From positions 114,700,001-114,764,000 of the forward strand of contig OZ024741.1 in NCBI GenBank assembly GCA_964016885.1: DNA of 64,000 nt, given 5' to 3'. This stretch comes from Eledone cirrhosa (taxonomy: Eukaryota). Positions 39,801 to 53,557 of the stretch are shown one piece after another; positions within the stretch are counted from its first letter, which is position 1, and the number at the start of each line of letters is the position of its first letter. The notes beneath the pieces are model-generated. The model ran no database searches, was not told where the DNA came from, and saw nothing but the letters and a program-made list of their open reading frames with translations. Both the position numbers and the translations under genes were made by a program.

Positions 39801-42800
39801 TAGTGGAGTCCACACTGTTTAACACTACCACTTAGTCTCTGGCTACCTTTAGTGGAGTCCACACTGTTTAACACTACCACCTGGTCCCTGGCTACCTTTA
39901 GTGGAGTCCACACTGTTTAACACTACCACTTAGTCCCTGGCTACCTTTAGTGGAGTCCACACTGTTTAACACTACCACTTAGTCCCTGGCTACCTTTAGC
40001 GGAGTCCACACTGTTTAACACTACCACTTAGTCCCTGGCTACCTTTAGTGGAGTCCACACTGTTTAACACTACCACTTAGTCCCTGGCTACCTTTAGCGG
40101 AGTGCACACTGTTTAACACTACCACTTAGTCCCTGGCTACCTTTAGTGGAGTCCACACTGTTTAACACTACCACTTAGTCTCTGGCTACCTTTAGTGGAG
40201 TCCACACTGTTTAACACTACCACCTGGTCCCTGGCTACCTTTAGTGGAGTCCACACTGTTTAACACTACCACTTAGTCTCTGGCTACCTTTAGTGGAGTC
40301 CACACTGTTTAACACTACCACCTGGTCCCTGGCTACCTTTAGTGGAGTCCACACTGTTTAACACTACCACTTAGTCCCTGGCTACCTTTAGCGGAGTGCA
40401 CACTGTTTAACACTACCACTTAGTCCCTGGCTACCTTTAGTGGAGTCCACACTGTTTAACACTACCACTTAGTCTCTGGCTACCTTTAGTGGAGTCCACA
40501 CTGTTTAACACTACCACCTGGTCCCTGGCTACCTTTAGCGGAGTCCACACTGTTTAACACTACCACTTAGTCCCTGGCTACCTTTAGCGGAGTGCACACT
40601 GTTTAACACTACCACTTAGTCCCTGGATACCTTTAGCGGAGTCCACACTGTTTAACACTACCACCTGGTCCCTGGCTACCTTTAGTGGAGTCCACACTGT
40701 TTAACACTACCACTTAGTCTCTGGCTACCTTTAGTGGAGTCCACACTGTTTAACACTACCACCTGGTCCCTGGCTACCTTTAGTGGAGTCCACACTGTTT
40801 AACACTACCACCTGGTCCCTGGCTACCTTTAGTGGAGTCCACACTTTTTAACACTATCACCTGGTCCCTGGCTACCTTTAGTGGAGTCCACACTGTTTAA
40901 CACTACCACCTGGTCCCTGGCTACCTTTAGTGGAGTCCACACTGTTTAACACTACCACTTAGTCCCTGGCTACCTTTAGTGGAGTCCACACTGTTTAACA
41001 CTACCACCTGGTCCCTGGCTACCTTTAGTGGAGTCCACACTGTTTAACACTACCACCTGGTCCCTGGCTACCTTTAGTGGAGTCCACACTGTTTAACACT
41101 ACCACCTGGTCCCTGGCTACCTTTAGTGGAGTCCACACTGTTTAACACTACCACCTGGTCCCTGGCTACCTTTAGTGGAGTCCACACTGTTTAACACTAC
41201 CACCTGGTCCCTGGCTACCTTTAGTGGAGTCCACACTGTTTAACACTACCACTTAGTCTCTGGCTACCTTTAGTGGAGTCCACACTGTTTAACACTACCA
41301 CTTAGTCCCTGGCTACCTTTAGCGGAGTCCACACTGTTTAACACTACCACTTAGTCCCTGGCTACCTTTAGCGGAGTCCACACTGTTTAACACTACCACC
41401 TGGTCCCTGGCTACCTTTAGTGGAGTCCACACTGTTTAACACTACCATCTGGTCCCTGGCTACCTTTAGTGGAGTCCACACTGTTTAACACTACCACCTG
41501 GTCCCTGGCTACCTTTAGTGGAGTCCACACTGTTTAACACTACCATCTGGTCCCTGGCTACCTTTAGTGGAGTCCACACTGTTTAACACTACCACCTGGT
41601 CCCTGGCTACCTTTAGTGGAGTCCACACTGTTTAACACTACCACTTAGTCTCTGGCTACCTTTAGTGGAGTCCACACTGTTTAACACTACCACCTGGTCC
41701 CTGGCTACCTTTAGTGGAGTCCACACTGTTTAACACTACCACCTGGTCCCTGGCTACCTTTAGTGGAGTCCACACTGTTTAACACTACCACCTGGTCCCT
41801 GGCTACCTTTAGTGGAGTCCACACTGTTTAACACTACCATCTGGTCCCTGGCTACCTTTAGTGGAGTCCACACTGTTTAACACTACCACCTGGTCCCTGG
41901 CTACCTTTAGTGGAGTCCACACTGTTTAACACTACCACCTGGTCCCTGGCTACCTTTAGTGGAGTCCACACTGTTTAACACTACCACCTGGTCCCTGGCT
42001 ACCTTTAGTGGAGTCCACACTGTTTAACACTACCACTTAGTCCCTGGCTACCTTTAGCGGAGTCCACACTGTTTAACACTACCACCTGGTCCCTGGCTAC
42101 CTTTAGTGGAGTCCACACTGTTTAACACTACCATCTGGTCCCTGGCTACCTTTAGTGGAGTCCACACTGTTTAACACTACCACCTGGTCCCTGGCTACCT
42201 TTAGTGGAGTCCACACTGTTTAACACTACCACTTAGTCTCTGGCTACCTTTAGTGGAGTCCACACTGTTTAACACTACCACCTGGTCCCTGGCTACCTTT
42301 AGTGGAGTCCACACTGTTTAACACTACCACCTGGTCCCTGGGTACATTTAGTGGAGTCCACACTGTTTAACACTACCACCTGGTCCCCGGCTACCTTTAG
42401 TGGAGTCCACACTGTTTAACACTACCACCTTGTCCCTGGCTACCTTTAGTGGAGTCCACACTGTTTAACACTACCACCTGGTCCCTGGCTACCTTTAGTG
42501 GAGTCCACACTGTTTAACACTACCACTTAGTCCCTGGCTACCTTTAGTGGAGTCCACACTGTTTAACACTACCACCTGGTCCCTGGGTACATTTAGTGGA
42601 GTCCACACTGTTTAACACTACCACCTGGTCCCTGGCTACCTTTAGTGGAGTCTACACTGTTTAACACTACCACCTAGTCCCCGGCTACCTTTAGTGGAGT
42701 CCACACTGTTTAACACTACCACCTGGTCCCTGGCTACCTTTAGTGGAGTCCACACTGTTTAACACTACCACTTAGTCCCTGGCTACCTTTAGTGGAGTCC

Positions 42801-45800
42801 ACACTGTTTAACACTACCACTTAGCCCCTGGCTACCTTTAGTGGAGTCCACACTGTTTAACACTACCACCTGGTCCCTGGCTACCTTTAGTGGAGTCCAC
42901 ACTGTTTAACACTACCACTTAGTCCCTGGCTACCTTTAGTGGAGTCCACACTGTTTAACACTACCACCTGGTCCCTGGGTACATTTAGTGGAGTCCACAC
43001 TGTTTAACACTACCACCTGGTCCCTGGCTACCTTTAGTGGAGTCCACACTGTTTAACACTACCACTTAGTCCCTGGCTACCTTTAGTGGAGTCCACACTG
43101 TTTAACACTACCACCTGGTCCCTGGCTACCTTTAGTGGAGTCCACACTGTTTAACACTACCACTTAGTCCCTGGCTACCTTTAGTGGAGTCCACACTGTT
43201 TAACACTACCACTTAGCCCCTGGCTACCTTTAGTGGAGTCCACACTGTTTAACACTACCACTTAGTCCCTGGCTACCTTTAGTGGAGTCCACACTGTTTA
43301 ACACTACCACCTGGTCCCTGGCTACCTTTAGTGGAGTCCACACTGTTTAACACTACCACCTGGTCCCTGGCTACCTTTAGTGGAGTCCACACTGTTTAAC
43401 ACTACCACCTGGTCCCTGGCTACCTTTAGTGGAGTCCACACTGTTTAACACTACCACTTAGTCCCTGGCTACCTTTAGTGGAGTCCACACTGTTTAACAC
43501 TACCACTTAGCCCCTGGCTACCTTTAGTGGAGTCCACACTGTTTAACACTACCACCTGGTCCCTGGCTACCTTTAGTGGAGTCCACACTGTTTAACACTA
43601 CCACTTAGCCCCTGGCTACCTTTAGTGGAGTCCACACTGTTTAACACTACCACTTAGCCCCTGGCTACCTTTAGTGGAGTCCACACTGTTTAACACTACC
43701 ACCTGGTCCCTGGCTACCTTTAGTGGAGTCCACACTGTTTAACACTACCACCTGGTCCCTGGCTACCTTTAGTGGAGTCCACACTGTTTAACACTACCAC
43801 TTAGCCCCTGGCTACCTTTAGTGGAGTCCACACTGTTTAACACTACCACTTAGCCCCTGGCTACCTTTAGTGGAGTCCACACTGTTTAACACTACCACTT
43901 AGCCCCTGGCTACCTTTAGTGGAGTCCACACTGTTTAACACTACCACCTGGTCCCTGGCTACCTTTAGTGGAGTGCACACTGTTTAACACTACCACCTGG
44001 TCCCTGGCTACCTTTAGTGGAGTCCACACTGTTTAACACTATCACCTGGTCCCTGGCTACCTTTAGTGGAGTCCACACTGTTTAACACTACCACCTGGTC
44101 CCTGGCTACCTTTAGTGGAGTCCACACTGTTTAACACTATCACCTGGTCCCTGGCTACCTTTAGTGGAGTCCACACTGTTTAACACTACCACTTAGCCCC
44201 TGGCTACCTTTAGTGGAGTCCACACTGTTTAACACTACCACCTGTTCCCTGGCTACCTTTAGTGGATTCCACACTGTTTAACACTACCACCTGGTCCCTG
44301 GCTACCTTTAGTGGAGTCCACACTGTTTAACACTACCACTTAGTCCCTGGCTACCTTTAGTGGAGTCCACACTGTTTAACACTACCACTTAGTCCTTGGC
44401 TACCTTTAGTGGAGTCCACACTGTTTAACACTACCACTTAGCCCCTGGCTACCTTTAGTGGAGTCCACACTGTTTAACACTACCACTTAGCCCCGGGCTA
44501 CCTTTAGTGGAGTCCACACTGTTTAACACTACCACTTAGTCCCTGGCTACCTTTAGTGGAGTCCACACTGTTTAACACTACCACTTAGCCCCTGGCTACC
44601 TTTAGTGGAGTCCACACTGTTTAACACTACCACTTAGCCCCTGGCTACCTTTAGTGGAGTCCACACTGTTTAACACTACCACCTGGTCCCTGGCTACCTT
44701 TAGTGGAGTCCACACTGTTTAACACTACCACTTAGTCCCTGGCTACCTTTAGTGGAGTCCACACTGTTTAACACTACCACCTGGTCCCTGGCTACCTTTA
44801 GTGGAGTCCACACTGTTTAACACCACCACCTGGTCCCTGGCTACCTTTAGCGGAGTCCACACTGTTTAACACTACCACTTAGTCCCTGGCTACCTTTAGT
44901 GGAGTCCACACTGTTTAACACTACCACCTGGTCCCTGGCTACCTTTAGTGGAGTCCACACTGTTTAACACTACCACTTAGTCCCTGGCTACCTTTAGTGG
45001 AGTCCACACTGTTTAACACTACCACCTGGTCCCTGGCTACCTTTAGTGGAGTCCACACTGTTTAACACCACCACCTGGTCCCTGGCTACCTTTAGCGGAG
45101 TCCACACTGTTTAACACTACCACTTAGTCCCTGGCTACCTTTAGCGGAGTCCACACTGTTTAACACTACCACCTGGTCCCTGGCTACCTTTAGTGGAGTC
45201 CACACTGTTTAACACTACCACCTGGTCCCTGGCTACCTTTAGTGGAGTCCACACTGTTTAACACTACCACCTGGTCCCTGGCTACCTTTAGTGGAGTCCA
45301 CACTGTTTAACACTACCATTTAGTCCCTGGCTACCTTTAGCGGAGTCCACACTGTTTAACACTACCACCTGGTCCCTGGCTACCTTTAGCGGAGACAACA
45401 CTGTTTAACACTACCACTTAGTCCCTGGCTACCTTTAGTGGAGTCCACACTGTTTAACACTACCACCTGGTCCCTGGCTACCTTTAGCGGAGTCCACACT
45501 GTTTAACACTACCACCTGGTCCCTGGCTACCTTTAGTGGAGTCCACACTGTTTAACACTACCACTTAGTCCCTGGCTACCTTTAGCGGAGTCCACACTGT
45601 TTAACACTACCACCTGGTCCCTGGCTACCTTTAGTGGAGTCCACACTGTTTAACACTACCACTTAGTCCCTGGCTACCTTTAGTGGAGTCCACACTGTTT
45701 AACACTACCACCTGGTCCCTGGCTACCTTTAGCGGAGACAACACTGTTTAACACTACCACTTAGTCCCTGGCTACCTTTAGTGGAGTCCACACTGTTTAA

Positions 45801-48800
45801 CACTACCACCTGGTCCCTGGCTACCTTTAGTGGAGTCCACACTGTTTAACACTACCACTTAGTCCCTGGCTACCTTTAGCGGAGTCCACACTGTTTAACA
45901 CTACCACTTAGTCCCTGGCTACCTTTAGTGGAGTCCACACTGTTTAACACTACCACTTAGTCCCTGGCTACCTTTAGTGGAGTCCACACTGTTTAACACT
46001 ACCACCTGGTCCCTGGCTACCTTTAGTGGAGTCCACACTGTTTAACACTACCACTTAGTCTCTGGCTACCTTTAGTGGAGTCCACACTGTTTAACACTAC
46101 CACTTAGTCTCTGGCTACCTTTAGTGGAGTCCACACTGTTTAACACTACCACCTGGTCCCTGGCTACCTTTAGTGGAGTCCACACTGTTTAACACTACCA
46201 CTTAGTCTCTGGCTACCTTTAGTGGAGTCCACACTGTTTAACACTACCACCTGGTCCCTGGCTACCTTTAGTGGAGTCCACACTGTTTAACACTACCACT
46301 TAGTCCCTGGCTACCTTTAGTGGAGTCCACACTGTTTAACACTACCACTTAGTCCCTGGCTACCTTTAGCGGAGTCCACACTGTTTAACACTACCACTTA
46401 GTCCCTGGCTACCTTTAGTGGAGTCCACACTGTTTAACACTACCACTTAGTCCCTGGCTACCTTTAGCGGAGTGCACACTGTTTAACACTACCACTTAGT
46501 CCCTGGCTACCTTTAGTGGAGTCCACACTGTTTAACACTACCACTTAGTCTCTGGCTACCTTTAGTGGAGTCCACACTGTTTAACACTACCACCTGGTCC
46601 CTGGCTACCTTTAGTGGAGTCCACACTGTTTAACACTACCACTTAGTCTCTGGCTACCTTTAGTGGAGTCCACACTGTTTAACACTACCACCTGGTCCCT
46701 GGCTACCTTTAGTGGAGTCCACACTGTTTAACACTACCACTTAGTCCCTGGCTACCTTTAGCGGAGTGCACACTGTTTAACACTACCACTTAGTCCCTGG
46801 CTACCTTTAGTGGAGTCCACACTGTTTAACACTACCACTTAGTCTCTGGCTACCTTTAGTGGAGTCCACACTGTTTAACACTACCACCTGGTCCCTGGCT
46901 ACCTTTAGCGGAGTCCACACTGTTTAACACTACCACTTAGTCCCTGGCTACCTTTAGCGGAGTGCACACTGTTTAACACTACCACTTAGTCCCTGGCTAC
47001 CTTTAGCGGAGTCCACACTGTTTAACACTACCACCTGGTCCCTGGCTACCTTTAGTGGAGTCCACACTGTTTAACACTACCACTTAGTCTCTGGCTACCT
47101 TTAGTGGAGTCCACACTGTTTAACACTACCACCTGGTCCCTGGCTACCTTTAGTGGAGTCCACACTGTTTAACACTACCACCTGGTCCCTGGCTACCTTT
47201 AGTGGAGTCCACACTTTTTAACACTATCACCTGGTCCCTGGCTACCTTTAGTGGAGTCCACACTGTTTAACACTACCACCTGGTCCCTGGCTACCTTTAG
47301 TGGAGTCCACACTGTTTAACACTACCACTTAGTCCCTGGCTACCTTTAGTGGAGTCCACACTGTTTAACACTACCACCTGGTCCCTGGCTACCTTTAGTG
47401 GAGTCCACACTGTTTAACACTACCACCTGGTCCCTGGCTACCTTTAGTGGAGTCCACACTGTTTAACACTACCACCTGGTCCCTGGCTACCTTTAGTGGA
47501 GTCCACACTGTTTAACACTACCACCTGGTCCCTGGCTACCTTTAGTGGAGTCCACACTGTTTAACACTACCACCTGGTCCCTGGCTACCTTTAGTGGAGT
47601 CCACACTGTTTAACACTACCACTTAGTCTCTGGCTACCTTTAGTGGAGTCCACACTGTTTAACACTACCACTTAGTCCCTGGCTACCTTTAGCGGAGTCC
47701 ACACTGTTTAACACTACCACTTAGTCCCTGGCTACCTTTAGCGGAGTCCACACTGTTTAACACTACCACCTGGTCCCTGGCTACCTTTAGTGGAGTCCAC
47801 ACTGTTTAAAACTACCATCTGGTCCCTGGCTACCTTTAGTGGAGTCCACACTGTTTAACACTACCACCTGGTCCCTGGCTACCTTTAGTGGAGTCCACAC
47901 TGTTTAACACTACCATCTGGTCCCTGGCTACCTTTAGTGGAGTCCACACTGTTTAACACTACCACCTGGTCCCTGGCTACCTTTAGTGGAGTCCACACTG
48001 TTTAACACTACCACTTAGTCTCTGGCTACCTTTAGTGGAGTCCACACTGTTTAACACTACCACCTGGTCCCTGGCTACCTTTAGTGGAGTCCACACTGTT
48101 TAACACTACCACCTGGTCCCTGGCTACCTTTAGTGGAGTCCACACTGTTTAACACTACCACCTGGTCCCTGGCTACCTTTAGTGGAGTCCACACTGTTTA
48201 ACACTACCATCTGGTCCCTGGCTACCTTTAGTGGAGTCCACACTGTTTAACACTACCACCTGGTCCCTGGCTACCTTTAGTGGAGTCCACACTGTTTAAC
48301 ACTACCACCTGGTCCCTGGCTACCTTTAGTGGAGTCCACACTGTTTAACACTACCACCTGGTCCCTGGCTACCTTTAGTGGAGTCCACACTGTTTAACAC
48401 TACCACTTAGTCCCTGGCTACCTTTAGCGGAGTCCACACTGTTTAACACTACCACCTGGTCCCTGGCTACCTTTAGTGGAGTCCACACTGTTTAACACTA
48501 CCATCTGGTCCCTGGCTACCTTTAGTGGAGTCCACACTGTTTAACACTACCACCTGGTCCCTGGCTACCTTTAGTGGAGTCCACACTGTTTAACACTACC
48601 ACTTAGTCTCTGGCTACCTTTAGTGGAGTCCACACTGTTTAACACTACCACCTGGTCCCTGGCTACCTTTAGTGGAGTCCACACTGTTTAACACTACCAC
48701 CTGGTCCCTGGCTACCTTTAGTGGAGTCCACACTGTTTAACACTACCACTTAGTCCCTGGCTACCTTTAGTGGAGTCCACACTGTTTAACACTACCATCT

Positions 48801-51280
48801 GGTCCCTGGCTACCTTTAGTGGAGTCCACACTGTTTAACACTACCACCTGGTCCCTGGCTACCTTTAGTGGAGTCCACACTGTTTAACACTACCACCTGG
48901 TCCCTGGCTACCTTTAGTGGAGTCCACACTGTTTAACACTACCACTTAGTCCCTGGCTACCTTTAGTGGAGTCCACACTGTTTAACACTACCACCTGGTC
49001 CCTGGGTACATTTAGTGGAGTCCACACTGTTTAACACTACCACCTGGTCCCCGGCTACCTTTAGTGGAGTCCACACTGTTTAACACTACCACCTGGTCCC
49101 TGGCTACCTTTAGTGGAGTCCACACTGTTTAACACTACCACCTGGTCCCTGGCTACCTTTAGTGGAGTCCACACTGTTTAACACTACCACTTAGTCCCTG
49201 GCTACCTTTAGTGGAGTCCACACTGTTTAACACTACCACCTGGTCCCTGGGTACATTTAGTGGAGTCCACACTGTTTAACACTACCACCTGGTCCCTGGC
49301 TACCTTTAGTGGAGTCCACACTGTTTAACACTACCACCTAGTCCCCGGCTACCTTTAGTGGAGTCCACACTGTTTAACACTACCACCTGGTCCCTGGCTA
49401 CCTTTAGTGGAGTCCACACTGTTTAACACTACCACTTAGTCCCTGGCTACCTTTAGTGGAGTCCACACTGTTTAACACTACCACTTAGCCCCTGGCTACC
49501 TTTAGTGGAGTCCACACTGTTTAACACTACCACCTGGTCCCTGGCTACCTTTAGTGGAGTCCACACTGTTTAACACTACCACTTAGTCCCTGGCTACCTT
49601 TAGTGGAGTCCACACTGTTTAACACTACCACCTGGTCCCTGGGTACATTTAGTGGAGTCCACACTGTTTAACACTACCACCTGGTCCCTGGCTACCTTTA
49701 GTGGAGTCCACACTGTTTAACACTACCACTTAGTCCCTGGCTACCTTTAGTGGAGTCCACACTGTTTAACACTACCACCTGGTCCCTGGCTACCTTTAGT
49801 GGAGTCCACACTGTTTAACACTACCACTTAGTCCCTGGCTACCTTTAGTGGAGTCCACACTGTTTAACACTACCACTTAGCCCCTGGCTACCTTTAGTGG
49901 AGTCCACACTGTTTAACACTACCACTTAGTCCCTGGCTACCTTTAGTGGAGTCCACACTGTTTAACACTACCACCTGGTCCCTGGCTACCTTTAGTGGAG
50001 TCCACACTGTTTAACACTACCACCTGGTCCCTGGCTACCTTTAGTGGAGTCCACACTGTTTAACACTACCACCTGGTCCCTGGCTACCTTTAGTGGAGTC
50101 CACACTGTTTAACACTACCACTTAGTCCCTGGCTACCTTTAGTGGAGTCCACACTGTTTAACACTACCACTTAGCCCCTGGCTACCTTTAGTGGAGTCCA
50201 CACTGTTTAACACTACCACCTGGTCCCTGGCTACCTTTAGTGGAGTCCACACTGTTTAACACTACCACTTAGCCCCTGGCTACCTTTAGTGGAGTCCACA
50301 CTGTTTAACACTACCACTTAGCCCCTGGCTACCTTTAGTGGAGTCCACACTGTTTAACACTACCACCTGGTCCCTGGCTACCTTTAGTGGAGTCCACACT
50401 GTTTAACACTACCACCTGGTCCCTGGCTACCTTTAGTGGAGTCCACACTGTTTAACACTACCACTTAGCCCCTGGCTACCTTTAGTGGAGTCCACACTGT
50501 TTAACACTACCACTTAGCCCCTGGCTACCTTTAGTGGAGTCCACACTGTTTAACACTACCACTTAGCCCCTGGCTACCTTTAGTGGAGTCCACACTGTTT
50601 AACACTACCACCTGGTCCCTGGCTACCTTTAGTGGAGTCCACACTGTTTAACACTACCACCTGGTCCCTGGCTACCTTTAGTGGAGTCCACACTGTTTAA
50701 CACTATCACCTGGTCCCTGGCTACCTTTAGTGGAGTCCACACTGTTTAACACTACCACCTGGTCCCTGGCTACCTTTAGTGGAGTCCACACTGTTTAACA
50801 CTATCACCTGGTCCCTGGCTACCTTTAGTGGAGTCCACACTGTTTAACACTACCACTTAGCCCCTGGCTACCTTTAGTGGAGTCCACACTGTTTAACACT
50901 ACCACCTGTTCCCTGGCTACCTTTAGTGGATTCCACACTGTTTAACACTACCACCTGGTCCCTGGCTACCTTTAGTGGAGTCCACACTGTTTAACACTAC
51001 CACTTAGTCCCTGGCTACCTTTAGTGGAGTCCACACTGTTTAACACTACCACTTAGTCCCTGGCTACCTTTAGTGGAGTCCACACTGTTTAACACTACCA
51101 CTTAGTTTCTTGCTACCTTTAGTGGAGTCCACACTGTTCAACCATACCACCTGGTCCTTAGATGTCTTTTGTAGAGTCCACTCTGCTCAACATCACAATC
51201 TGGTCTTTGGGTTCCTTTAACATGTTCACTCCATTTAATACAATCCCCTAGGTTTATCAGAGTCTATTCTGTTGTAAATA
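9876..51280 (+). repeat. 49-bp satellite array, ~845 monomers (homogeneous core ~10270-51130, diverged edge units)
   Basis: CTGGCTACCT starts at 10341, 10390 and 50913 (828 x 49 from the first); monomer is 47-51% GC with no CpG in the consensus; no ORF of 60 aa or more in the core. Confidence 0.99.
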
Positions 51281-51379
51281 TTTTGACCAATCCTTTGGTT
51301 TAAGGATGCCTTTGTCACTACTTCCCTCCCCACCACCAGCGTTGGAGGTCCACCCTCTCCCCAACAAAGGAATGATTTT

Positions 51380-51660
51380 AACATCAATAACAATATCACC
51401 ATCAAAACATTATTGACGACAAAACAACATAAATAAACAAGAACAAAATACAAGTAATGACCGCTGCAACAACTATAAAAACAGTATCAACAACAATAAC
51501 AACAGCAACATCAACACCAACAACAACGATAACAACAACAACATCAACACCGAGAAGAACGATAGCAACAGCAACATCAACATCAATAACAACGATAACA
51601 ACAGCAACAGCAACATCAACACCAATAACAAAGATAACAACAATAAAACATGAGCAACAC
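51380..51660. repeat. (AAC/AGC/ATC) degenerate trinucleotide tract
   Basis: Direct reading; explains the Thr-rich and Val/Leu-rich ORFs. Confidence 0.9.
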
Positions 51661-51674
51661 ATATCACATTACAT

Positions 51675-51881
51675 CAGGCATGTCAAACACGCGGCCCGCG
51701 TGCCGAATTCGACGGCCTTTTACAAGCACACCTGCGACCCGCACAAAGAATTTTACTGAGTAAGCATGTTTTATCTTCGTAAAATTTATTGTAATGTGCG
51801 CAATTAGTTGTCAAGTGTGGCCCTCAGACAACACATATGTGACCCATATGGCCCTCGGGGTCCCTGAGTTTCACATGCCTG
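51675..51881. mobile_element. hAT-type MITE (207 bp)
   Basis: TIRs CAGGCATGTCAAAC / GTTTCACATGCCTG (13/14), subterminal GGCCC motifs, 8-bp flanks CATTACAT / CGTTACAA (6/8 TSD). Confidence 0.85.
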
Positions 51882-51942
51882 CGTTACAATGTGTAAAATA
51901 CCTCTCACATAAATTGTGTGTTCCATTATTACTGAAATTGAT

Positions 51943-52135
51943 AGGCTGGTGGATTTGTAGAATCGTTAGAGTCTCGGTCAAATGCTTAGCAGTATTTGTT
52001 TGGGAATTTTACTTTCTGAGTTCAAATCCCACAGTAGGTCCATCAAATAAAACAACAGTCAAGTACTGGGGCCGATATAACCGACTTTCACTTTTACCCC
52101 TAAAATTACTGGCCTTGTGCCTAAATTAGAATTCA
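51943..52135 (+). mobile_element. SINE family A, centre partly deleted
   Basis: TTCTGAGTTCAAATCCC ... GGCCTTGTGCCTAAATTAGAA. Confidence 0.75.
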
Positions 52136-52227
52136 ATATTACTTGGCTTCATAAATAAGTGTTAGTGAAATCTATTAGAATAATAGTGAAAGGAAATCAA
52201 TTCTAGGGTGATGGCATTATTTACCAG

Positions 52228-52452
52228 GGGTGGTGGATTGGCAGTATTGGTAGAGCCTTCAGACACCATACTTTGCAGCATAGAGTTATGACCCTTTACG
52301 TTCTGACGTCAAATTCCGCCGATGTTAGCTTTGCCTTTCATCCTTACGAGGTCAATAAAATGAAGCACCAGTAATGCACTGGGTCGATTTAATCGACTTT
52401 CTCCTTCCCTTCAAATTGCTGACCTTGTACCTAAAGTAGAAACAATTATTTA
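52228..52452 (+). mobile_element. SINE family A, full length
   Basis: TGGCAGTATTGG A-box-like, CTTTGCCTTTCATCCTTACGAGGTC, tail CCTTGTACCTAAAGTAGAAACAATTA. Confidence 0.85.
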
Positions 52453-52516
52453 CTACGGTAATCCTTGTAATTCACGAGATGTTTACTATAAACATCTTAG
52501 TCAATAAAGCGCAATT

Positions 52517-52702
52517 GTAGGTAGATTGGCAGTATCGGTAGAGGGTCGGACGCCATGCTTTGACGCATAGAGTTACGGCCCTTGCCATTCTGAAATCCCG
52601 CCGAAGTTAACTTTGCCTTTCATCCCTACGGGGTCGATAAAATAAAGTACCAGTAATACACTGAATAATTGCTGGCCTTGTGCCAAAAGTAGAAACAAAT
52701 AT
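52517..52702 (+). mobile_element. SINE family A, young subfamily
   Basis: Nearly identical to the reverse complement of 57253-57440. Confidence 0.9.
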
Positions 52703-52734
52703 TTTTTTCCAGTTATCTGATAGTTATCTGATAG

Positions 52735-52872
52735 TCATTAGAACTTCGGATTGAATACTTTGCAGCAATCATTCCGGTTCTCTGCGCTCTCTGCTCAAAA
52801 CTCGCCGAGATCAATTTTGCCTTTCACCCTTTCGAGGTCAATAAATAGAATACCAATCCAGTATTGGGATGA
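52735..52872 (+). mobile_element. SINE family A, degraded
   Basis: CTCGCCGAGATCAATTTTGCCTTTCACCCTTTCGAGGTCAATAAA. Confidence 0.65.
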
Positions 52873-53224
52873 ATTCTTTCTCTCTATCTCTTTTTCACTT
52901 CCTCTCCCCCTCTCTCATTCACAGGTGCTGGAAGAAATCGGCTGTATTCAGGCCTAGGGTGGGGGGAATGAGCTCTGGCAGTTTTTAAAAATATACAAGA
53001 CACGTTGTATGTCACTACGGCACCCCTACTACTTCAGCAGGAGTTACGGGTTCATACATAGGATACCACACCATCGATTGTTGGTCGTACTTGAGATTTA
53101 CAACAAACCAGAAACGGATGAGAGCTATAGTATTTTATGGAGCTTAAACTAATCATATTAGAGATTTAAATGGTACGTAAAGTCCTTAGATGATATGCCT
53201 TCTTAGAAGCTTTAGATATATTAG

Positions 53225-53440
53225 TTTCAGGTTTAGGCACAAGGCCAACAATTTGAGGAGAGGAGAAAGTCGATTGAATCGACCCATTGCATTACAAGTA
53301 CTTTATTTTATTATTTTATTGACCCTATAAGGACGAAAGGCAAAGCTAACCTCGGCAGGATTTGAAATCAGACTGTAAAGGGACACAAACCTAATGTCAT
53401 AAATCATGTTGACTCACGCTCCACCAATACTACCCATCCT
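53225..53440 (-). mobile_element. SINE family A
   Basis: TTTAGGCACAAGGCC...GAAAGGCAAAGCTAACCTCGGCAGGATTTGAA. Confidence 0.85.
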
Positions 53441-53557
53441 CCTCCCTCAAGTTCTCGATATATTAAAGATACTTAATATGACAATGTATCTTAAATGAAG
53501 CAATAGACATATAAATGCACTGACGAATATTTTCAATAGCCCTAATATATAATGATA

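Noticed and set aside
9876-51280. CRISPR-like array
   Set aside because: Units are contiguous near-identical monomers with no unique spacers, no cas genes and a eukaryotic TE context
9876-51280. Coding tandem repeat or telomeric array
   Set aside because: 49 is not a multiple of 3, stops are frequent and the ORF track is empty across the core; TTAG occurs but there are no TTAGGG runs
51235-51759. Mucin-like Thr-rich and hydrophobic ORFs
   Set aside because: Trinucleotide low complexity open in several frames on both strands
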